A stretch of DNA of 64,000 bases from Dictyostelium discoideum. Its lineage: Eukaryota. The DNA lies in NCBI GenBank assembly GCA_000004695.1, contig CM000154.2, positions 3,264,001-3,328,000 of the forward strand, given 5' to 3'. The notes under the pieces are model-generated. The model worked only from the letters and a program-made list of their open reading frames with translations, searched no databases and was not told the origin of the DNA. Positions 23,925 through 49,763 of this stretch are shown one piece after another; the first letter of the stretch is position 1, and each line of letters begins with the position of its first letter. Both the position numbers and the translations under genes were made by a program.

Positions 23925-25311
23925 AATAGGAAATTCTTCTCATTCTCTGGTAGTGATAGCATTTTCTGGTAAAATATCTGGTGTTAATTTTTGATTGAAT
24001 CCTTCTAATAAAAAGATATTCGTTACAGTATTAGGTATTGAACCAATTATTAATTCTTGTTTGATATCACCTAAATCCAATGATCCAACACTATCTGGTA
24101 ATATACCTGGTGTTAATTTTTGATTAAATCCATCTTCTAAAGTGACATTCATTACAGTATTAGGAATTGAACCAATTATTAATTCTTTTTTAATATCACC
24201 TAAATACAACCATTCAACACCATCTGGTAATATACCTGGTGTTAATTTTTGATTGAATCATCTTTTAAAGAGACAAGAGTTGCACTATCAGGAATTGAAC
24301 CAATCATTAATTCTTGTTTAATATCATACAAATGCAAACATTTAACACTATTTGGTAATATACCTGGTGTTAATTTTTGATTGAATCCATCCAATAAATC
24401 GACATTCGTTACAGTATTAGGAATTGAACCAATCTCTTATTCTTGTTTAATGTCACCTAAATACAATGAACCAAGACGATTTGGTAATATACCTGGTGTT
24501 AATTTTTGATTGAATCCATCTAGTAAAGAGATACTCGTTACAGTATTAGGAATTGAACCAATTATTAGTTCTTGTTTAATATCACCTAAATACAAAGATT
24601 TAACACCAACTGGTAAAATGCCTGGTGTTAATATTTGATTGAATCCATCCAATAGCATTACACGTGATGGTAATTGATTTTTTAATTTTGATAAAATATT
24701 ACAATTGTTTTTGAATGCTATATCTTCATTCGTCTTAAATTTAAATGAATCACCCTCTATATAAACATGAAACTTTGAATTATCCCCTATATTTGATAAT
24801 TAGAATGATGTGAACATAATTTATAAAAAACTGACTAAAGCTTACATTCAAAAAATTTATTATTATTTTCATCGATTTCAATTTTAAATCTACAATTATC
24901 TAAGGTATAAATTGATTTTAAATTATTTTTAATATCATCAATTATTTCATTATGGAAATGAATGATTTGATTATCGTATTCATTTAATTTATTTGAATTA
25001 TTGATATTATTATTATTATTTAATACTATTAATGATTGTTGATATTGTTTAATAATTTTAATGGTATCTCTATCAATAATAAAATCTTCTCCATCATTTT
25101 CATTTTCATTTTTACTACTACTATTGCCAACATTATTTTGCGATGCATCATTGGTGGCATTAGTAGTTGTAGTTGTAGTGGTAGTTGAATCGATGTTTTT
25201 AAGTTTGGAACTGATATCAGAATGTTCATCAATGGATGGATGTATAAATGATTGAATTTGAAAAAGATTATCTGCTATTGGTCTTTCTTCAAGTTGTGAT
25301 TTATCAATATA

Positions 25312-25368
<57 letters not shown>

Positions 25369-25841
25369 GTTGAAAGTATTTGATTATCATTATTGATTGA
25401 AGAAGTTATAATTGTATTTATTAATGTATTATTTTCAAAGGTTGTTTCTAATTGTTTTTGAATATCTAATTCTACGATTGAAATGATATCATGAATTTTT
25501 TTAATTTCTTTTTTTAATGAATTATTATTAATATCAAATTGTGATTGAATTTCATTGTATTTATCATTTGATTGTTTTAATATTGTTTCATTGATTTCTA
25601 TTCTTTTAATTACTTTTTGATGTACATCATCTTTAAAATTATTCATTAATGAAAGAATATTTGAAGTTGATTCTAATGGATCAGTTTTATGATCATGATG
25701 TTCACCTTTACTTGATGTACATTGAATACAACATGGTATTAATTTACAATCTAAACAAAAGAATACTATATCTTTGTTTGGGTGAAGTGTACACTTTTTA
25801 TTACTATCAATATTATTTATTTTGTTATGATTGGGTGCCAT
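23925..25841 (-). pseudogene. Degenerate fifth B-box/FNIP copy: frameshifted FNIP fragments (23940..24209, 24437..24658) and a B-box exon disrupted by a unique ~230-bp insertion and an (AAT)n expansion (25300-25370)
   Basis: The B-box motif is intact at 25700-25800. The coiled-coil part is interrupted at 25090-25320, and a poly-Ile readthrough '[10 protein letters not shown]' replaces the normal sequence. Several FNIP units have indels ('gattgaatca tcttttaaag'). Confidence 0.6.
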
Positions 25842-26072
25842 TGTGTTTGGAATTAATGTCGATATTAAAAAAAAAAAAAATTAAAATTTTGTAAAAAAAA
25901 AAAAAATTAAAAAAAACACTTAAAAAATTAAGAAAAAAAACAAAATCTTGCATGGGCTATATTAATTTTTTTAATCAATCCACCAGTTTTTATTGTTCTG
26001 ATATAAAATAAAAAGGATTAAAAATATTTCTTTTTTTTTATTTATTTCCTATATACCATTTTTTATTCTTTT

Positions 26073-26203
26073 TTATTTTTTTGAAACTACCATACAACCA
26101 GTTTTAATATCATCAACCACTCTTTCTAATTTAAAATCAGCCAATTCAAATAATTCTTTCCATTCATCGAGAGTTCTTTCTTTTGCATTTACCATCTATT
26201 TGG

Positions 26204-26241
<38 letters not shown>

Positions 26242-27248
26242 TTACTTGTATATGTAAATAAATTTAAAAAAAAAAAAAAAAAAAATTTAATAATTACTTG
26301 AAACATTAAAATATCAATATAAGTTTCATATTTTGAATAACCTTTTCTTGGATCAATGATAATTTCAAATAAATGAATTTTTGCATTTGGTTTCATTGAT
26401 TTTGAAATTGTTTTTAAAATTTTAACACAATCTTGAGTTGGCCAATCATGAAGGATAAATTTCATGATATAACAATCTGATTCTGGTACACTTTCAAAGA
26501 AATTACCTGGAATATGAGTTAATCTTGGATGAGAATATCTTAAAGTCTGATCAGAGGAATTGATAACAACATCTAAATCGAAATTGATACCATGTTTAAT
26601 TGTTGGATAAATTTCCAATAGGTTACCAATTAACAATCCATGATTGCCACCAATATCAACCACTGTATCATATTGAGAGAAATCTATACCTTTTGATTGG
26701 GTGATATTGGATATGGCGGCTTCAGTGTAAACCTTCATAGTTTGATTGAACAAATCCTTATATTGTGGATGTAAATCGAATAATTCCCAAAAATGGTTGA
26801 CACCAACTGATTTTGTGGCATTACTATGACCATTTGCAAAAGTCTCTGGTAATGATTCAAACATTTTATAATGTAAATCATGGGTGTATCTTTCACCCAT
26901 TGGTCTAAGTTTACCCTTACTTGAAAACATTGTACTAATAGAAGTCTTTTCAAATGTACCAATATTTGATTTATCTTCGCTAAATAATTCATGAGCAACA
27001 AAATATCTCAATAATCTAAAACATGAATTTTCATCCATTCCAATCGTATCTGAAACTTGTTTAATTGATTTTGGTCCATCCTCTAAAATATCACAAATAT
27101 TCAATTTCATTACAATATTAAACATACGAGAATGAATATGTCCTGAAACACATGTCATAATTAAATTCATTGCTTTATCCCAATCTGTTGTAATTTCATT
27201 ATTCATATTTGTTATTGGTAATTGTGGGGTACTTAATCCTGAATCCAT
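26073..27248 (-). CDS. Class I SAM-dependent O-methyltransferase (plant COMT-like), about 357 aa: complement(join(26073..26195,26298..27248))
   Basis: The SAM-binding motif is VVDIGGNHGLLIGNLLEIYP and the OMT dimerisation region is FNIVMKLNICDIL. ...DILMFQ|GTAATT (26297) splices to CCAAATAG| at 26195, giving the typical OMT C-terminus MVNAKERTLDEWKELFELADFKLERVVDDIKTGCMVVSKK*. The terminal exon is not in the ORF track. Confidence 0.8.
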
Positions 27249-28115
27249 TTTTTTTTTTTTTTTTTTTTAATAATATAAATTTAAAAGTACAATGAAAAAT
27301 AATAATAATAATAATATTAATAACAATAATTACAAACTTAAAAAAATAAAAAAACAAATGATTTTAAAAACTGATTTAAAATAAAAAAAAAAAAAAAACA
27401 AAAAAAAAAGAAAAAAGGAAAATTGCGTTAGGCGCAATCATAAATCATGTTTTTTTTAATTTTTAACCTTTTTTTTTTTATTTTTTTTTTTTCAAATGTC
27501 GTTATTTTTCTGGAATATTTTTTTCATTTTTTTTATTATTTGAAAATTTATTTTCAAATCTAGATTATGTTATTTTTTTATTTCTGGTAAAAAAGATATT
27601 TTTTTATTTTAATTTGTTGATAAAAAAAAAAAAAATTTGGGAAAAAAAAATAATAACTTGAATTTAGTATGAACAAATAGAAGACCCAAAATACACAAAA
27701 GATTAAAAAAAATGAATAAAACCATTTTTTTTTTTTTTTTTTGTTTTACCTTAAATTTTATTGAATGAAATATTATTTAAATCCTAATAATTATAATTAA
27801 TAAAAAACATTGAAAAATGATCAAAATTAAAATTTGAGAAAAAAAAAAAAAAAAAAAAAAAAAATTAGGATTAAAAAAATAAAATAAAAAAAAACAAAAA
27901 AGGAAATTTTATATTTTTTAATTACCAATGGGTATTGTACCCCCATATTTTTTTTTTTTATTTATTTATTTTTTTTTATTAATTTCTTTTTTTATATATT
28001 ATTTTTTTTTTTTTTGTTTTTTTTTTTTTTAACACAATCAAAATAAATAAAAAAAAATAAATAAATAAAAAATAAATAAAAAATAAATTAAAATAAAATT
28101 TAAAAAAACAATAAA

Positions 28116-28651
28116 ATGGAAACTCAAACTAGTTTTATTAATGATGGACCTAAAATTCATTCAAATAAATTAAATCAACTTGATTTTTTAAGGTAAAAAT
28201 TAATTAAAAATAAAAAATTTATTAATTATTAATTATTAACCAATTATAAAATTAATAATTATTAATTTACAATGAAAGTGGGAATAATAATAATAATAGA
28301 GATAATTATTATAATAATAAAAATGACAAAAATAGTATTACCCATTTTAATAATTATAATTATAGTGGACATTCTTCATACGATAATGAATCAGCAAGAT
28401 TAATACCAATTAGTGGAAATTTTAAAAATGAAAGTATAAACAAACAAAGAAGAAAAGTAGTAATAGCAAGAATTTTCATACTTTTATGTTTATTAATTTG
28501 TCTAGGTTTGGCATTAATGGGATTATTCCATTATTTAATTACAAATGATAAAAGATTGGATTCAATATCAATTTTATTTTGGAGTGGTAGTGCATTTTTA
28601 ATTATAGTTTTAATAATTTGTTTATTAGCAAGACATTGTGGAAGTGATTAA
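28116..28651 (+). CDS. Small (about 150 aa) two-TM membrane protein, two exons: join(28116..28192,28279..28651); absent from the ORF track
   Basis: METQTSFINDGPKIHSNKLNQLDFL| with donor AG|GTAAAAATT and acceptor GAAAG|T, both phase 2. Exon 2 encodes ...RRKVVIARIFILLCLLICLGLALMGLFHYL...ISILFWSGSAFLIIVLIICLLARHCGSD*. The two hydrophobic helices are unlike the surrounding A/T desert. Confidence 0.45.
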
Positions 28652-28661
28652 GAATTATTAC

Positions 28662-28710
<49 letters not shown>

Positions 28711-28858
28711 CCATATCATTAGTTCTAAAAATTATTAAATAAATAAAAAAATAAATAAATAAAAAAAAAATATATTATTTTTTTTTAAAAAAAAAAATAA
28801 AAACTTTATTTCTTTTTTCTTTTTTTTTATTTATATATATATATTAATTAAATTATTT

Positions 28859-29559
28859 TTAACAACTACAAACACCTTGATTATGATCAGGTTCATCTTC
28901 AACTTTAACACTACCAGTATTTCTTTGTTTTGGTTGTGATGAAGATGTATTTTGAGGGATTTCTATAATTTTTTGAGCCAATTCTTCAAATGCTTGTTGA
29001 ATACCAATCTTTGATTTTGCACTACATTCAATGAAAAGCATTGCTTTTTTCTTTGCAAATTCTGCACCCTCTTCTCTGGTGACTTCTCTATTCTCTTTAT
29101 CTATTTTATTACCCACTAAAAGTTTAACTAAATTACTACGATTTGCAAAATTTTCAACTTCATTCAACCAATAATTTAAATTATCAAATGATTCTCTTTT
29201 TGTAACGTCATATGCTAAATTTATATTTTATTATTTATTTTTATAAAAATCTATATTAATAATCAATATTTCACTATAATATATAGAGGGACAGTGAGAA
29301 ACATACTTAATATAATACCATGTGCACCTCTATAATATGATGAAATAAGTGCTCTAAATTTCTCTTGTCCTGCAGTATCCCAGATACATAAATCTACTTT
29401 TTTACCATCGACTTTAACTTCTTTCATTTTAAATTCTACACCAATTGTACATAATAAATCTTCGTCAAATGTATCATCTGAAAATCTTTTTACAATTGAT
29501 GTTTTACCAACATCACTATCACCAATTAATAGTACTTTATATTGTTTATCTTCTTCCAT
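28859..29559 (-). CDS. rab18: Rab18 small GTPase, about 202 aa: complement(join(28859..29214,29307..29559))
   Basis: G1 is [12 protein letters not shown] and G3 is [20 protein letters not shown] and [28 protein letters not shown] are near-identical to recalled human RAB18 ([42 protein letters not shown]). The C-terminus is the prenylation motif CSC. The phase-1 intron is GTATGT...ATTTAG. Confidence 0.75.
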
Positions 29560-30230
29560 TTTATTTATATTTATATTTATATATTTATATGTATCTCTTT
29601 CTATTTATTTAATTATTAATTTATAATTTAAATATTTTATATTTTATTTGTGTATATTTTCTATTTATATTTTTGTATTTGTTTTTATATTGTGTTTTGT
29701 ATTAATATATTATTTGTTGTCGATTTTCTTTTTTATTTGTTAGTTTTAAAATTAAAAAAAAAATAATAAAATATTCGCTTTTTTGTGTGTCAAAATAAAA
29801 AAATAAAAAAAAAAAAAAAAAAAAAAGAAAATTTTAAAATTAAATTTTTAAAAATTTAATTTTTTATTTTTTTTTTTTTTAATTTTTTAATTAATTTTTT
29901 TTTAAAATGCTTACATGGTGTGTATTTATTTTTATAAAGTCCTAAAATAAAAAAAAAAAATAAAAAAATAAAAAAAAAAAAAGATATTTTTATCAATTTA
30001 TTAATAATATTATTTCTTTTTTTATTTTATTATTATTTTTTTTATTTTTTATTTCTTTTTTTTTTTTTATAAATAAAATTTATTAAAATAAAACTATGGA
30101 ATTAGTTCCAAAAATATATATTTATTTCTTAAACAACCAGATCGCGCCCAGTGGAAAAATATCCAATTTAAATTATTTTTTATTTTTTTTTTTATTTTTT
30201 TTTAAAAATCCCGTTTTTTTCACCAAGAGC

Positions 30231-30268
<38 letters not shown>

Positions 30269-30569
30269 CATTAACAAAATACCACCTTTTCAATTCTTTT
30301 TTTTTTTATTTTTATTTTTTATTTTCTTTAGTTCACTCAATGTTGTAAACACAATTATATACAGCATAAAATCTATCAATATTTATTTATTTATTTTTTT
30401 GTGTTTTTTTTTTTTTTTAACACACAAATCAAAATAAATTTTTTTATTTTTTTTATTTTTTTTTTTTTTTACTAATTTATTAGAAAATATAAATATTCAT
30501 TAAAAAAAACTAAATAATCATTTCAGTAATAATAATAATTAAAATAAATATATCATATGAAAATAAAAT

Positions 30570-44444
<13,875 letters not shown>

Positions 44445-45103
44445 ATCAAAAACTCTTTATTTTGAAATAAGACAAAAAAAGATTTTTTTTTTTTATTTTT
44501 TTTATTTTTTTTTTTTAATATTTTCATATAATAAATATCTTGGTCCAAACCATTTTTTTTTTTTTTTTTTATTTTTTTATTTTTTTATTTTTTTATTTTT
44601 TTTTTTTTAATTTGTAAATTTTTTGTATTAAAGTCGACTTATGAATCATAATTTATTCACCATATAATTAGTATAAAATTTAAATAAAAATTTGTGGAGA
44701 GATAATTGTTATTGTTGATCAATCTTTAATTCACACACACACATCCAACACACATTTTTTGTAATATTACAACACACATCCATCGTATAAAAAAACAAAA
44801 AAAAAATAAAAAATAAAAAAAAAAACAACTTGAGTATATTATACAAAGTAATTTTTATAAAAATAACAAATAAATACATCAATATATATAATTTATAATT
44901 TTTTATTTATTTTTTATTATTAAATTTTTAATTTTTGTTTTTTTTTTTTGTTTTTTTTTTTTTTTAAAAATAAAAAATAAATAAATATATAATAAAAAAA
45001 AAGCAACTTAATTAGTAGTAATAATATATAATATTATTAATAAAAAAAATAAAATAAAAAATAAAAAAAAAAAAGAAAAGAAAAAAAGAGAAAAAAAAAA
45101 GAA

Positions 45104-46133
45104 ATGGTTGGTGGATTACCAAATTCATCATTATGGAATATAGAATATGATGATTTAGTATTTAAAGATATAATTGGTAAAGGTAATTTTGGATGTGTGT
45201 ATAGAGGTAATTATTTGGGTGTTGAAGTTGCAATTAAACAAATTCCATCATTCGATGATCCCGATTATTGTAAATATACTGAAAGAGAAGTCAAAGCATT
45301 AAGATATATTAGACACCCATTCGTTGTACACTTTTTTGGAGCATGTAAACATGAAAGTGGATTTTATTTAATCACAGAATTTATAGAGGGACTTGACCTT
45401 AGAAGATACTTGAAATCAGTGCCTAAGCCACCTAAATGGTTGTCTAGAGTTAATATAGCATTGGGTGTTGCAAAAACATTCTTATTCCTTCACTCAAAGA
45501 ATTTACTTCATAGAGATTTAAAATCAAAGAATATTTTATTAGACATATCAAGAAACCAAATTAAACTTTGTGATTTTGGTTTCGCTAGAGTTGGTTCACA
45601 GTATAGTAATGGTAGTGATAGCAGTAGTAGTGAAGATGAAAGTGACTCAGAGTGTGTTAATGGTGCTGCTGGTGGTGGTGGTGATGATGTTTATAAAAAC
45701 AATGGTAATGGTAAACCTGCAAACTATAGACTTAGAAGAATGTCGATTTGTGGTACACCAAGTTTTATGCCACCAGAGATATTGCTTCAACAAAAGTATG
45801 ATTGGAGTGTTGATGTCTTTAGTTTTGGTATACTTTGTACAGAATTAATTACCCTTAAAAGACCTGGTAAAGATTATTGGGTTAGAAGTCAAAATAATGG
45901 TTTCGATATAAACATTGAAGAATTAAATGTAAATATTCCTTCACCAAATGATTGTCCAATTCAATTCTATGATTTAGCTTTAAAATGTTGTTCTTATAAA
46001 CATACAAATAGACCAATGTTTTCAACAATTGTAACTATATTAGAATCAATTAAATTACAATTAGAATTATTTGAAAATCAACAACAACAACAACAATTAC
46101 AACAACAACAACAATTACAACAACAACAACAGC

Positions 46134-46168
<35 letters not shown>

Positions 46169-49120
46169 CTACAATTACAACAACAACAATCGTCAGAATC
46201 ATCTTCATCTTCATCATCTCAACCATTAGTTAATAATAATAATAATAACAGCAATTGTAATAATAATAACTTTAATAATAGTAGTAACAATAATAATAGT
46301 ATAGCTAATAATGATAGTATTAGTAATGTATCTACTACAACAACATCAATACCCACTACAACAACAACAACAACGACAACAACAACAACAACAAACAATA
46401 TAACAGCAATTAATGGTACATCAAATAAATATTTACAACCATTATCAAAGCACCAACAACAACAACAGCGAAATCAAAATTCATCAATTATTGATAACAA
46501 TAGTTTGATTGGCTCATCAAATACTGAATCAATGATTACATCATTTTCAATTTCAACATTTAAAGAAAGAAAAAAACAATCATTAAATAAATTAATTAGA
46601 GCAAATACAATAAATATTTTAATAGGTCAACAACAACAACAACAGCAACAACAACAGCAACAACAGCAACAGCAACAAGATAACCAATCATCATCTCAAA
46701 ATCAATTAATTGAAAGGGAGGGTGTAATTAAACTAGATACAACTAAATACCCAAATGGTTGGAAAGAATTTGGTATTGATAATAGTACAAATAAAATTTG
46801 GATCATTTATCAATCAAATATTATTAAAATGTATGTAATTTATTAATAAATAAATAACATATTAAAATAATATATATATACTAATTTATTATTATTATTT
46901 TATAATTTTAGTGGTAGTAATAATAACAATAATTTAATTGAAATGACATGTGGTACAATTATAAAATTAAAAAAACATTCAATTACATTAAGTATTGTAG
47001 ATTCAAATTTAATAAGTGGTGCAAATATTATAAATGTTAAATCTTATCTTAAAGATTATCCATACGTTAATAAACCAATTAAAGTAAATCAGCAGCAACA
47101 ACAACAACAACAAATTATTACAAATAATTATGAATTAAATTTAATAATTAAATTACAATCACGTATTAGAGGTTGGTTAGTTAGAAGAAGATATAAAATA
47201 TTTTTATCAAATTGGAAATTAAATAATAGTAATACATCACAATCAAATAAAAACCAATGGATTAGATTATTTAATCAATTGATATCAAGTGAATTAGAAT
47301 ATAAAAAACAATTAGATCAAGTGATTAAATCATATTTATTACCTATTCAATCTAAATTTAGAATTAATAAACCATTATTAAATTATAAAGAAATTGGGTC
47401 AATCTTTTCAAATATTGAATCATTATCAGAGATTCATAATGAATTATTAAAGATCGTTAATCAAATTTCAAAATCACCATTTTTCATTATGAATTTTGAA
47501 AATGAAAAAGATGATAGAAGTAATCAAAATAATACCTCGGCCACCACTGATATATTTGGTGATAGTAGTATTCAATTTACAAATATTTCAATTAATACAA
47601 AAGATAGTAGTAATCAAATTAATTCGATCACTCAATTCATTGTAAAGAATATATCACAAATAAAGAATCAATATGGTATATATGCATTTAATTTCAAATA
47701 TTCAACAAATATTTATAATTGGTGTAGATTGAATCCTGATTTCTCAATATTTTGCGATACTATTAGATCACAATTAAATCAACAATTTCCAGATCAAGAG
47801 AATGATTTAGCTTCATTATTAAGTTTACCAATTAATAAAATTCAAAAGTATTTATTGGTATTTGAAAAGTTGGCTCAAATTACACCAATAACTCATTCAG
47901 AATATAAAGATATTAAATCTGCTTTCACTCTAATCAGAGAGACTAGTAACTATATTCAATCACAATTGGAAATGTCTTTTGAACATAGTCATATCATGTC
48001 AATCGATATTATGCTTCAAAAGAAAGATAATCAATCTTTAATGCAAAGTGGTAGATGGTTCATTAGACAAGGTCAATTCACTGAATTATCAAGTAATAAA
48101 CAATATTATCTTTTCCTTTTATCTGATATTTGTTTAATTACAAAACCAATTAAATCAAAATCTTCAAAATATAATAATAATAATAATATAAATACAAATA
48201 ATAATAATAATAATTTAACTTCTAGCGCAACACAAACAAATAGTAATAAAGATCTTTCAACTTCAATCAATCAATCAACATCAAATGCCAATAGTGATAA
48301 TAGTGGTAATAATAATAATAATTTAATTAATTCAAAATATTATTATAGATTAAAAACTATAATAAATTTAAAAGAAGAAGTTTCAATGAGAATTAATCCA
48401 GATATTTCAAATGGTGTTTTATTCATTGGTCCTAATAAAACCTATAAATGGTTATTACCAAATGATGAAGAAGCAAAAGATTGGGTAAATGATTTTGAAA
48501 GAACTACAATTTTAATATATAGAAATAATCCAAATGGTGGTGGTAGTAATAATAATAGTATTGGTGGTGGTGGTGGTGGAAGAGGTGGTAGTGGTAATAA
48601 TAGCAATAATGGTAGTATTGATTTAACGGAAATCAATCAAATTCATCATATAAATAACCAAGCTATACCATTATCTTCTTCAAATAATAATATTACAAAT
48701 AATAATAGTATTAATAACAATATTATTATGAATAATAATAATAATAATAATAAAGATACTGAAGGAAAAGGATTCATAAAAAGATTTAGATTAAGTTTTA
48801 GCGCTGGTACTAGTACCCCTGAAAGAAAAACTAGTTTGGTTAACATGTCTCCTTCAACAACTTCTTCTTTAAATAATATAGATTCAAATTATAATAATAA
48901 TAATAATAATGTTACAAATACACCAATTAAATCTGTAACATCATCACCTTCAATTCACTATACACCAGTAAATGATAATAATCAACAACCTCAACTACCA
49001 TCACAACCCAATGAAGAATTTCAATTTACTGTACCAACTACTCCAAGTGATAAAAAGAAGAAAAGGGGTAGTTTTTCAAGTAAATTAAAAAGATTAAGTA
49101 TAACATTTTCCAAAGATTAA
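45104..49120 (+). CDS. Protein kinase (TKL-like) - IQ motif - DH/PH RhoGEF fusion, about 1,311 aa: join(45104..46830,46912..49120)
   Basis: Kinase motifs are GKGNFGCVYRG, VAIK, HRDLKSKNILLD, DFGFAR and the activation-loop GTPSFMPPE. The intron GTATGT...TTTTAG (46831..46911) is phase 2 and joins ...SNIIK-I-GSNNNN...MTCGTIIK. Downstream are an IQ motif (IKLQSRIRGWLVRRRYKIF), a DH domain (WIRLFNQLISSELEYKKQLDQVIKSYLLPIQ...) and a PH domain (GRWFIRQGQFTEL...YYLFLLSDICLITKP). The architecture matches the Dictyostelium 'kinase and exchange factor for Rac' (kxc) type, but I cannot assign which paralog. Confidence 0.8.
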
Positions 49121-49455
49121 AATAAAAAAATTTTAAAAGTAAATTTTACTTTTTTTCTTTATAGAAAAATCTATCATTTAAATATCAAAAAAAAAAAAAA
49201 AATCTATCACAAAAATCTTTTTAGAAAGATAAAAAAACAAAAAGGTTTGGATAAATTATTTAGTGAGAGGCTTCAAATATAATAAATAAAAAATAAATAT
49301 AAAAAATTAATTTCTGAGTCTGAGGTTGAAGTCACACAATTTTTAATTTTTTTATTTTAATTATTTATTATTTTAAATCAATTTTCAAAAATACTGTTTT
49401 TGAGATTGGCATTTTTTGGTGTTTTGAAGATATTTTTTTCGATAGTTAGTTTTTT

Positions 49456-49499
<44 letters not shown>

Positions 49500-49612
49500 T
49501 TCGCACGTTCACCAATTAAAAAACACAAACCCTAAAAAATGTAATGAGTGAAAGATAACACTCCATTTTGACACCTGTGTTGGTGTTGACTTGAACAAAG
49601 ATCTAAATCATG
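49500..49612 (+). promoter_or_regulatory. Conserved non-AT-rich upstream block shared by the two tandem ricin-B paralogs (core gataacactccattttgacacctgtgttggtgttgacttgaacaaagatctaaa, 49553..49606)
   Basis: The 54-bp core is identical at 53594..53647, each copy sitting 160-210 bp upstream of its ATG. It contains an E-box-like CACCTG, and the flanking sequence is about 85% identical. Confidence 0.4.
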
Positions 49613-49763
49613 GGTTAAAAAAAAAAAAAAAATAATAATAATAGACTTAAAAAAAAAAATATAAATACTTTAAAATTTTTTTTTTTTCATTCCCAAAAAT
49701 AAATTAAATAACTTTTAAAACAAATAATTTAAATAAAAAAATAAAAAAATAAAAAATAAAAAA

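Noticed and set aside
26735-27001. Nested minus-strand ORF 26735..27001 inside the O-methyltransferase gene
   Set aside because: It is in an alternative frame of a well-supported CDS and has no independent evidence.
45570-45848. Plus-strand ORF 45570..45848 (MILVSLELVHSIVMVVIAVVV...)
   Set aside because: It is an out-of-frame reading inside the kinase catalytic domain CDS.
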